Source: an uncultured Candidatus Peribacteria bacterium (GTDB taxonomy: Bacteria; Patescibacteriota; Gracilibacteria; UM-FILTER-43-11). From it: a stretch of 36,800 nt of DNA. How positions within the stretch are numbered: the stretch's first letter is position 1; the number at the start of each line of letters is the position of its first letter. Shown piece by piece: positions 25,380 through 32,837 of the stretch. Both the position numbers and the translations under genes were made by a program. The notes under the pieces are model-generated. The model made no database searches, was not told the origin of the DNA, and saw nothing but the letters and a program-made list of their open reading frames with translations. The stretch covers positions 1 through 36,800 of the forward strand of contig CAZNDI010000003.1 of the NCBI GenBank assembly GCA_964571805.1, given 5' to 3'.

Positions 25380-25464
25380 AGTTCATTAGTTCGTCGTAAT
25401 TATACATCAGAGAGAGGTTATAAGGTTAAGCTTTTGGACCTGAGTTGAATTTAATAAAAATCTC

Positions 25465-25507
25465 TTGATAAGTAAACAAAAGTTCACTATAATAAGTCTT
25501 GAAGACT
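25465..25507 (+). promoter_or_regulatory. Near-consensus promoter of the ORF6N gene (TTGATA-N17-TATAAT) followed by the palindrome AGTCTT-G-AAGACT
   Basis: The -35 lies at 25465-25470 and the -10 at 25488-25493. A perfect 6+1+6 palindrome at 25495-25507 overlies the expected transcription start. Confidence 0.5.
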
Positions 25508-25521
25508 AAAGTTTTAAACGA

Positions 25522-26091
25522 ATGAATAGCATGAAAAAAGAATCTCAAAGAGATGTGATCCCCATTGAGCATATTGAACAATCCATCCATATTATCCGTG
25601 GTCAAAAAGTGATGTTGGATGTGAATTTGGCGAATTTGTATGGCGTAGAAACAAAGGCAATGAACCGTGGAGTTAAAAGAAATATTGGCCGTTTTCCTGT
25701 GGATTTTATGTTTCAGTTGTCTGAAAAGGAATGGGAATTTTTGAGGTGCCAATTTGGCACCTCAAAAACAAATTCTTTAAGATCACAATTTGTGACCTCA
25801 AAAGAAACTCGAGGTGGAAGACAATATCTGCCCTATGCTTTCACTGAACAAGGAGTCGCCATGCTTTCCAGCGTCCTTCGCAGTCCCCAGGCCATCGCCG
25901 TCAACATTGAAATCATGCGAACCTTTGTTCGAATGCGTCATTTATTTGTAAAACAGGAGAAATTGAGCAAAGAAGTGGGCGACATAAAATCTTTTCTCCT
26001 TAAAAACTCGCAGCACCACACGGCCGAATTCAAGAAAATCTGGCAGACCATCGATCGTTTGGCTGCTCGACCGGAAGTGGAAGAAAGATAA
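25522..26091 (+). CDS. ORF6N-domain protein (KilA-N-related DNA-binding family common in mobile elements)
   Basis: It has 'IIRGQKVMLDVNLANLYGVETKAMNRGVKRNIGRFPVDFMFQLS' and 'YAFTEQGVAMLSSVLRSPQAIAVNIEIMRTFVRMR', the characteristic ORF6N pattern. Confidence 0.8.
   Translation: MNSMKKESQRDVIPIEHIEQSIHIIRGQKVMLDVNLANLYGVETKAMNRGVKRNIGRFPVDFMFQLSEKEWEFLRCQFGTSKTNSLRSQFVTSKETRGGRQYLPYAFTEQGVAMLSSVLRSPQAIAVNIEIMRTFVRMRHLFVKQEKLSKEVGDIKSFLLKNSQHHTAEFKKIWQTIDRLAARPEVEER
25831..26009 (+). repeat. Direct repeat copy 1 (3' part of the ORF6N gene); its partner is at 26941-27119
   Basis: The two copies align at a constant offset of 1110 nt over about 180 nt, with about six mismatches by eye. Weaker similarity continues to about 26085 / 27195. 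Confidence 0.85.
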
Positions 26092-26259
26092 AAATCTAAA
26101 CAGATAAAGCCAAAATAATAAAAGTGATTTTGGTTATTTTTTGCTCAATGTTAAAAAGTTAATCTTTATAGCGCGACTCTTGTATTTTTGGATGAAATCC
26201 CTCAAAATGATTTTTGTGTCGTGTATCCAGGGCACACGACCAGCCATTCAGGCTTCGAA

Positions 26260-26535
26260 ATGCCCCAGTTAGGAGTACTCTTGTTCAGAAACCTCAGTAA
26301 ACTCGTTCGCATCCTCCCCATCTTCGCCCTCGCTTTGACCTCGATGGTCGGATGTGAGGATCCCGACATCGATGAGCTCGATGAGCTCGTAGATGCTGAA
26401 GATGTGGAGGACCGCAGCTACCTCGAGGAATGGCCTTGGTGTGGGAACGGTAAAGTCGAGGAGGGCGAGGACTGCGACTCTGGCCTTTGGCCAAAATACA
26501 AGGAGTGCACGGTTTTCTGCACCTTCCCCGAGTGA
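26260..26535 (+). CDS. Small GC-rich putative lipoprotein with an acidic linker and one Myxococcus-type cysteine-rich repeat motif
   Basis: It has a signal peptide plus lipobox, 'MPQLGVLLFRNLSKLVRILPIFALALTSMVGC', and the acidic run 'EDPDIDELDELVDAEDVED'. 'CGNGKVEEGEDCD' matches the CGNGxxExGExCD core of the Myxococcus Cys-rich repeat. The ORF-track start (TTG at 26188) is probably too far upstream. Confidence 0.55.
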   Translation: MPQLGVLLFRNLSKLVRILPIFALALTSMVGCEDPDIDELDELVDAEDVEDRSYLEEWPWCGNGKVEEGEDCDSGLWPKYKECTVFCTFPE

Positions 26536-26700
26536 AGCGAAGGCCAATCGCTGAAGTCGGTACAAGACCATCCTCAATAGCTCACGCAAGACTTGTCTAG
26601 TGCGGGCTTGCGGGCGATGAAGATCCCTTTCGGCTCATGCTCTTAGGGGCGCGCAGCCGAAGCGCAGCCTTCCTTTAGGGAGGGAGGCGAACACGACACT

Positions 26701-26725
26701 GCCGTCGTTCTTTCGGAACGACGGC
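26701..26725 (+). terminator. 10-bp GC-rich hairpin at the right edge of the GC-rich insert (possible terminator, weak U-tract)
   Basis: GCCGTCGTTC-tttcg-GAACGACGGC, read directly. It is followed by ATTGAAC, not a clean T-run. Confidence 0.4.
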
Positions 26726-26930
26726 ATTGAACTTGCCCAAATTTCTATAGTTCAATTTTCTAAACATGGAGCTAATAAAATAATCTGTATAGAGATCAAA
26801 CATTTGTTTATTCATGGAGACGGAGTTTTTGTCTTATTCCATTCTAAAAAGTATGAAAGTTATATCAAATTGGGTACGTAAGGTAATTTAATGAATAATT
26901 ATTTAATGATTAATAAAAAAGGCAAACACC

Positions 26931-27222
26931 GAAAATATCCCCCTACGCCTTCACTGAACAAGGCGTCGCCATGCTTTCCAGCGTCCTTCGCAGTCCCCAG
27001 GCCATCGCCGTCAACATCGAAATCATGCGAACCTTTGTTCGAATGCGTCATTTATTTGTAAAACAGGAGAAATTGAGCAAAGAAGTGGGCGACATAAAAT
27101 CTTTCCTCCTCAAAAACTCTCAACAAAATACGGCAGAATTTAACAAAGTGTGGAAGGCAATTGATAAGCTAATTTCGCCGCCGGAAGAGGATGAGAGGAA
27201 GATTGGGTTTAGACTTAATTGA
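26931..27222 (+). pseudogene. 3' fragment of an ORF6N-domain gene (truncated duplicate; possibly still translatable as an 83-aa C-terminal piece from 26971)
   Basis: It encodes 'YAFTEQGVAMLSSVLRSPQAIAVNIEIMRTFVRMRHLFVKQEKLSKEVGDIKSFLLKNSQ', identical in protein to the full-length copy. A 1-nt deletion at about 26940 breaks the frame upstream. The C-terminal tail diverges. Confidence 0.8.
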
Positions 27223-27237
27223 AGCGCGAAATTAATA

Positions 27238-27266
27238 TTGTAAAAATATTATTTTTATGTTATAAT
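27238..27266 (+). promoter_or_regulatory. Candidate promoter for the 136-aa orphan gene (TTGTAA-N17-TATAAT)
   Basis: Hexamers at 27238-27243 and 27261-27266, about 40 nt upstream of the ATG at 27307. The context is AT-rich. Confidence 0.4.
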
Positions 27267-27306
27267 ATAAAAACACTTAAACTTAATATTTTTAACAGAG
27301 ACAAAT

Positions 27307-27717
27307 ATGGCCCATCCTAAGCAAAAAGGTACTCTAGATAGTAATAGAGAGTTAAATGATGGCATGGTTGATTACGATTATGATAATCAATGGAGAAGAA
27401 TGAGCGAGAGAAGTTCTATGCATAATTTAAAAACTTATCGTGATTATTTATTCATTGATGGTAAGCCCGCAACCTTAAATGATTTTCTTGCTACATTAGG
27501 TGGTAAAACTGAAATATTTGTTGTATATTTGGACGAAGGTGCTGAATATATAGGTCGTGAAGACTTGGCTACATGGCAACCCAACGGTCCATTTTCAAAT
27601 CAAGAAAATTTATATGGAGAGGTAATTGCTTTATGTCGGACCGAAGAAGAAGCTAAAAAATTTAGTCAAACTCAAGAAATTCATAGCCGTCGCGAACTTC
27701 TAAAGAAGGCAGTTTAA
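27307..27717 (+). CDS. Hypothetical protein, 136 aa (orphan)
   Basis: An AT-rich ORF with its own candidate promoter. I recognise no motif, TM segment or signal peptide. Confidence 0.55.
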   Translation: MAHPKQKGTLDSNRELNDGMVDYDYDNQWRRMSERSSMHNLKTYRDYLFIDGKPATLNDFLATLGGKTEIFVVYLDEGAEYIGREDLATWQPNGPFSNQENLYGEVIALCRTEEEAKKFSQTQEIHSRRELLKKAV

Positions 27718-27747
27718 TTAACGGAATTAAATAAAAAAATATCAGAC

Positions 27748-27776
27748 TTGGCACATTATGCCCCATAGCTTAAAAT
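27748..27776 (+). promoter_or_regulatory. Candidate promoter for the PEP carboxylase gene (TTGGCA-N17-TAAAAT)
   Basis: Hexamers at 27748-27753 and 27771-27776, about 25 nt upstream of the ATG at 27802. Confidence 0.4.
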
Positions 27777-27801
27777 GGAATCAATCTAAGCTCGATTCCA
27801 C

Positions 27802-29310
27802 ATGCCCCGAAAAATCCCCGCCACCATGGCCACCCAGCATCCCGACAACGCCATGGATGTTTATTTTTTGGGAAAAAAATTCGTCAACACCCTGGATGAA
27901 ATTGAAGAATGTCAGCGGATGTTCGATGAACTCAAGTGCACCGAATACATGTGGGACTGGGAAGGGAAGTTTGTCGACGAAGCGGTGGTAGAAAAACTGT
28001 TTCAGCGGTATTACGAGTTCTTCAAAAAACATCAATTGGGGAAAGACGTCTTCCTCACCTTCCGCATTCCCAACATCGATGAAGAGAGTGGTTATCGTTT
28101 GGCCCGAGCCTTCATGTCCATCCTCACGGCGGACGACGTAGCGCATGAAGTTGGATTACACACCCCGCCTATCTTTGAGGTCATTTTACCCATGACCAAA
28201 TCGGCCAGCCAACTCATGCGAGTCAAAAAAACCTTCCACCAAGTCGAAGAATTCAAGCGGCAAGCGTTCAATACCCGTCGGACCAACGAACATGAATTTC
28301 ACGTCATCCCTCTGTTTGAAGGGTGTGAACATCTGATGAACGTGGACAAAGTGTTGAGTGAATACATTGAAGAATGTAAAAAGGAATTCGGCAAAAAACC
28401 AGCCTATATGCGCCCCTTCATGGCTCGCTCTGACCCAGCCTTGAATGCCGGACTTTTTCCTGCCGTGCTTTCCACCAAAATTGCGCTCCATAAATTCGGA
28501 GAAGTGGAGAAAAAATATAGCGTCCCCATGTATCCCATCATCGGCACCGGTTGTTTGCCCTTTCGAGGAGGAATTAACCCAGAAACCATCAAGGAAACCA
28601 TCAAAGAATATGCCGGCATCCGAACCATCACCATCCAATCTGCGTTCCGTTATGACTATCCCCTCGAGGAAGTGAAGAAAGCCATCAGAGTGATCGAAAA
28701 AACCCTGCCCACCTTAAAATTCACCCCGTTGAGCAAGAAAGAGGTGAAAGACTTGGAATGGGTCGTCCACCGTTTTGCGGCCCACTACCGAGGAACCATT
28801 GAGAAAATCGCTCCCACAATCAACAAAATTGCCAACGGGGTCCCTGGGAGACGAGAACGAATGCAACACATCGGTCTATTTGGTTACAGTCGAGGCGTGG
28901 GCAAAGTAAGTTTGCCTCGGGCCATCAAATTCACCGGAGCGCTTTACTCTATTGGCCTCCCTCCAGAATTCATCGGGACCGGAAGAGGATTGAAAGAAGC
29001 CAAAAAAGCTGGCCATCTGGAACTCATTCAAAAACATTATCTCAATCTGCGGGCTGATTTGATTCATGCCGGAAAATATTTGAATAAGGAAAATCTAGCT
29101 GAATTAGTAAAAAAGAACGCCGCCTTCAAGGCCATTCAAGAAGACATTGAAGAAGTGGAAGCCTTTTTGGGAGTCGAGTTGGGGCCTCTGAAAACCAAGC
29201 ATAAAATTCACCGAAACCTGGTTTCCTCCATCCTCCTACACTCCATGGATGGCGAAGAATTTGAAGATGAAATGGAAAAAGCAGCAGCCATTAGAAAAAG
29301 CTTGGGTTAA
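27802..29310 (+). CDS. ppcA: Phosphoenolpyruvate carboxylase, archaeal type (atPEPC)
   Basis: It is 502 aa, whereas bacterial Ppc is about 900 aa. The N-terminus 'MPRKIPATMATQHPDNA' matches the hallmark atPEPC start (IPxxMxTQHPDN). The C-terminus ends in ...LG. Confidence 0.82.
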   Translation: MPRKIPATMATQHPDNAMDVYFLGKKFVNTLDEIEECQRMFDELKCTEYMWDWEGKFVDEAVVEKLFQRYYEFFKKHQLGKDVFLTFRIPNIDEESGYRLARAFMSILTADDVAHEVGLHTPPIFEVILPMTKSASQLMRVKKTFHQVEEFKRQAFNTRRTNEHEFHVIPLFEGCEHLMNVDKVLSEYIEECKKEFGKKPAYMRPFMARSDPALNAGLFPAVLSTKIALHKFGEVEKKYSVPMYPIIGTGCLPFRGGINPETIKETIKEYAGIRTITIQSAFRYDYPLEEVKKAIRVIEKTLPTLKFTPLSKKEVKDLEWVVHRFAAHYRGTIEKIAPTINKIANGVPGRRERMQHIGLFGYSRGVGKVSLPRAIKFTGALYSIGLPPEFIGTGRGLKEAKKAGHLELIQKHYLNLRADLIHAGKYLNKENLAELVKKNAAFKAIQEDIEEVEAFLGVELGPLKTKHKIHRNLVSSILLHSMDGEEFEDEMEKAAAIRKSLG

Positions 29311-29314
29311 ATAT

Positions 29315-30883
29315 TTATTTATTCTCAAATTTCATCTTTGATGACCTTGCAAAAAGCATGCGTCTTTCTGGAATGTTCAATAAATAAGCCATTCCAAAAT
29401 AAATCAAGGCTCCTCCCAAAGCCATAGCCAGAAGATAAATCATTTTGATCACTGTTGATTCAGGAAAAATGAACACCTGTTTGAAAAAATAAACTCCTAG
29501 GCCCATCGTGATCGCGGCGAAGAGCATCTTAAAAACATTCATTCTTTCCAAAATGGATTGATCGACTTTTTTTTGCATTAAAAAATAAAGCACAAGAAAG
29601 GTGATAATATTGCTGATCCCCATGGCGATCCCAATTGCCACAACACCCCAATTTAAAACAAAAACAAAAATAGAGGCCAAGATGATGCTCACCAGAGCAC
29701 CCCAAAACGTCGCGTAAAAGGGAGTCTTGGTGTCATGATAAGCATAAAATCCTCGCGTTAAGAGTAAAACCAGGGAATGCGTAAAAAGGGATAACACCAT
29801 AAAAAAGAGAACCTGTGAGGTCAAAATGGCATCTGCTTGGGTGAATTTTCCTGCCAAAAGCAAGGTGTCAATGATCTCATCCCTCAAAAGAACAAGACCC
29901 ACCGTGGCCGGGAGAATAAGGAAAAGGGTCTGCTGCATGACACGCTTGATCTCGAGAACAAAGGCATGAGAATGCTTTTTCATCGCCAACTCAGAAAGGG
30001 TGGCAAAAGAGGTGATGGAAAATGCCACAGCAATCATGGAGAGTGGCAGAGAATAAATATTATTGGCGAAATAAAGGATGGTGATCGACCCCACCGCCAA
30101 ATAACTAGCAATGAAGTTGTAGCCCACTTGAGCCATTTGTGACATCCCGAGAGTTAGAATCCGAGGCCCCATCAGTTTGAAAACCTCTTGAATGTCAGAT
30201 TTTTTAAGATTGAAAATCCAAGCATGCTGATACCCAATCAATTTTAAGGCAGGCAACTGAATGAGGAGAGAGAGGATAGCCCCTAAAATGACCCCCCAGG
30301 CGATCCCCATGACCCCAAAGTCTTGGGCAAAGAAAACAATGGAGAAAATAATCCCCGCATTGTAAAAAATAGGCATCAAGGAGCGAAAAAAGAAGGTTTT
30401 GAAGGAATCTTGAAGGCCAATGAAAACAGACGAAAAAGTAAAAATTAAAGGGGATAAAAGCATGATTCGCATCAACTTTACAGTGAGAGCAAAAGCTTCG
30501 GGCTCAAACCCACTGGCCACCAATTTTGCCAAATAGGGGGCGAAAATAAAGGCCAAAAAAGCCACCCCAGAAACCACAATGAGCATGATATGCAGAACAT
30601 TACTGGCGAAATCCCAGGCCTTTTTCAATTCCCCTTCTTTTTTGTATCGGGTAAAAATGGGGATAAAAGCAGCCGAAAAAGCCCCTGTGACGAGAATGAA
30701 ATACAGTAAATCTGGAATCTTAAACGCCGCATAGTAAACATCCAAATTATAAATCCCCCCACCCGAGGTGGCACCAAAGGTTTTTGCCAAAAGATGATCT
30801 CTAAGAACCCCTAACAAGCTACTCAAAAGAGCAGAAATCCCGAGAAGCAAAGTGGGCGGCAAAATTTTGTGTAAAGTTTTCAT
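29315..30883 (-). CDS. murJ: Lipid II flippase MurJ (MviN family)
   Basis: 522 aa and polytopic. The N-terminus 'LLGVLRDHLLAKTFGATSGGGIYNLDVYYAAFKIPDLLYFIL' is typical of MurJ. Confidence 0.85.
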   Translation of the reverse strand: MKTLHKILPPTLLLGISALLSSLLGVLRDHLLAKTFGATSGGGIYNLDVYYAAFKIPDLLYFILVTGAFSAAFIPIFTRYKKEGELKKAWDFASNVLHIMLIVVSGVAFLAFIFAPYLAKLVASGFEPEAFALTVKLMRIMLLSPLIFTFSSVFIGLQDSFKTFFFRSLMPIFYNAGIIFSIVFFAQDFGVMGIAWGVILGAILSLLIQLPALKLIGYQHAWIFNLKKSDIQEVFKLMGPRILTLGMSQMAQVGYNFIASYLAVGSITILYFANNIYSLPLSMIAVAFSITSFATLSELAMKKHSHAFVLEIKRVMQQTLFLILPATVGLVLLRDEIIDTLLLAGKFTQADAILTSQVLFFMVLSLFTHSLVLLLTRGFYAYHDTKTPFYATFWGALVSIILASIFVFVLNWGVVAIGIAMGISNIITFLVLYFLMQKKVDQSILERMNVFKMLFAAITMGLGVYFFKQVFIFPESTVIKMIYLLAMALGGALIYFGMAYLLNIPERRMLFARSSKMKFENK

Positions 30884-30934
30884 TTTTTAATTTTTCAAAC
30901 GAATGCTACAATACAGTCAAATAAAATAAAAACT

Positions 30935-31183
30935 ATGAGTGCAGTATACACCTCCTCTACCGATATCTTATATTTAGTCCTCACCATCGTGATCGGTCTT
31001 TTGGGAATTTTGCTAGCCGTTGCTCTCTATCACGTCATTCGCATTTTGAGAGACGTGAATACAGTAAGCACCAAAGCCAAAGACACCATGGACCTGCTCA
31101 ATCACTACCTCTGGCAACCGATTAAAATTTTTATGATGGTCTTAGAAAAAATTAAATTTCACAAAAATAAAAAAGAGGACTAA
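30935..31183 (+). CDS. Small single-pass membrane protein, function unknown
   Basis: 82-aa ORF with the N-terminal TM 'ILYLVLTIVIGLLGILLAVALYHVI'. It is preceded by an extended -10-like TGcTACAAT (30904-30912) and overlaps the gpmI stop by 4 nt. Confidence 0.5.
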   Translation: MSAVYTSSTDILYLVLTIVIGLLGILLAVALYHVIRILRDVNTVSTKAKDTMDLLNHYLWQPIKIFMMVLEKIKFHKNKKED

Positions 31184-32685
31184 ATGAGAGGTTGGCCCGT
31201 CATCTCTTCAGGCTGAGACAAACCCATGAGCTTGAGGATCGTAGGAGCCACATCGGCTAGACCTCCATCGGCCACTCTGACAATGGTTTTTTGAGGGTCA
31301 GCCACTAAAAAAATGACAGGATTCATGGAATGAGAAGGTTTTTGGGAACCATCAGGATAAAGCATGTCGTCTGCGTTCCCATGATCACCCGTAATGAGGA
31401 GGGTGTAGCCAGCCTTCATGGCTGCTTCGTAAGCTCTACCAAGACATTCATCGATGACTTCAACAGCCTTAACAGTGGGCTCATACTCCCCAGAATGACC
31501 CACCAAATCACAATTGGCATAATTGACGACAATGAGTTCGTGTTCAGCTTTTTGTAAAGCTCTAAGAATTTCATCGGTTATTTCTCGGGCCGACATTTCA
31601 GGTTTTTGGGCATAACTAGAAACCTTGTGAGAATCCACCAAAATACGATCTTCATCGGGATAAGGGGCTTCCACTTGTGAATTGAAAAAATAAGTGACAT
31701 GAGCGTACTTCTCCGTTTCAGCAATACGAAGTTGTTTGCGGTGATTTTTTGAAAGCCACTCTCCTAAATTGTTGTGAATTACAGGCGTTTCAAAGGCAAC
31801 CGGTGCATGTTGGGAATAGGGTCCCATACAAACAAATTTAAGGTGATGAAGAGACGTTTCAAACGCTTTGAAATCAGAATCAACAAAAGCAGACGTCAAC
31901 TGCCTGGTTCTATCGGTTCTAAAATTAAAGAAAATCACAGCGTCGCCTTCTTTGACCAAGCCCTCTCTGTCCACAAGAATAGGAGGTAAATAATAATCTG
32001 TGAGAGTCGGGTCTAGAGTGTAAAAATGATCCACGGCTTCAAGGGGGCTCAAAAAAACCTCTCCTTTGCCAAGAGTCATCAAATCGTAAGCTGCCTGAGT
32101 TCGATCCCAATTATGATCGCGGTCCATGGCATAATAACGACCCACCACCGTGGCAATTTTGCCCACTCCCAATTCATCTATTTTGGCTTGAAGTTGAGTG
32201 AGATAGGTTTTAACACTCCGCTCTTCCACATCGCGTCCATCGGCAATACAATGGACATAAACCTCGGATAAATTTTCCTTTTTGGCCCATTCGAGAAGCG
32301 CGAAAAGATGGTGTAACTCAGAATGAACGCCCTTGTCAGAAATCATCCCCAAAAGATGCAGAGCTTTATTTTGATGCTTTGCATGATCAAAAGCCTGTTT
32401 TAAGGCGGGATTATTTTGAAGCGTGCCATCTTTAATGGCCCAATTGATGGCCAAAAGGAATTGAGGCGTAATTCGGCCGGCTCCGAGGGTGAAATGCCCC
32501 ACTTCTGAACCTCCCATATTGCCCTCAGTGAGCCCCACTGCCTCACCATTGGATTGTAAAAGGGAGAAAGGGTATTTAGCCCGAAGTTCATCTAAATGAG
32601 GCGTAGGGGCATTTTTGATGGCATTCCCTTTGCCTTCTGGTCCTTCACCAAAGCCATCTAAAATAAGGAGGAGAACGTTGCTCAT
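31180..32685 (-). CDS. gpmI: 2,3-bisphosphoglycerate-independent phosphoglycerate mutase
   Basis: It has 'LLILDGFGEG', 'MGGSEVGHFTLGAGRI', 'ADGRDV' and 'ITGDHGNAD', which are signatures of the alkaline-phosphatase-superfamily iPGM. Confidence 0.88.
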   Translation of the reverse strand: MSNVLLLILDGFGEGPEGKGNAIKNAPTPHLDELRAKYPFSLLQSNGEAVGLTEGNMGGSEVGHFTLGAGRITPQFLLAINWAIKDGTLQNNPALKQAFDHAKHQNKALHLLGMISDKGVHSELHHLFALLEWAKKENLSEVYVHCIADGRDVEERSVKTYLTQLQAKIDELGVGKIATVVGRYYAMDRDHNWDRTQAAYDLMTLGKGEVFLSPLEAVDHFYTLDPTLTDYYLPPILVDREGLVKEGDAVIFFNFRTDRTRQLTSAFVDSDFKAFETSLHHLKFVCMGPYSQHAPVAFETPVIHNNLGEWLSKNHRKQLRIAETEKYAHVTYFFNSQVEAPYPDEDRILVDSHKVSSYAQKPEMSAREITDEILRALQKAEHELIVVNYANCDLVGHSGEYEPTVKAVEVIDECLGRAYEAAMKAGYTLLITGDHGNADDMLYPDGSQKPSHSMNPVIFLVADPQKTIVRVADGGLADVAPTILKLMGLSQPEEMTGQPLI

Positions 32686-32690
32686 GATTT

Positions 32691-32760
32691 AAAATTGAAG
32701 ATTGAAGATTTAAAATTGAAGATTGAAGGCATTGAAGATTCTGATTAATTTTCAATCTTT
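32691..32760 (+). repeat. Phased direct repeats of AAAATTGAAGATTGAAG / ATTGAAG heptamers plus an inverted copy, in the gpmI-rel divergent region
   Basis: The 17-mer AAAATTGAAGATTGAAG occurs at 32691-32707 and 32712-32728, with a 21-nt phase. ATTGAAG occurs five times (32694, 32701, 32715, 32722, 32731). An inverted TTCAATCT lies at 32752-32759. The array starts 6 nt from the gpmI start codon. Confidence 0.75.
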
Positions 32761-32837
32761 AATGCGCAGTTTACAGGAAATTTGCTCAAAAACCAGTTCT
32801 TTGCTAAAATAAAATGTAATCACTCATCCTCAGCCTC

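Noticed and set aside
25831-27119. I considered the ORF6N direct repeats as a DGR template/variable repeat pair, given the Avd-like gene at 21532-21951.
   Set aside because: The mismatches are T/A-to-C synonymous changes, not adenine-specific substitutions. No reverse transcriptase is present in the window. The Avd-like gene is 4 kb away, next to truB.
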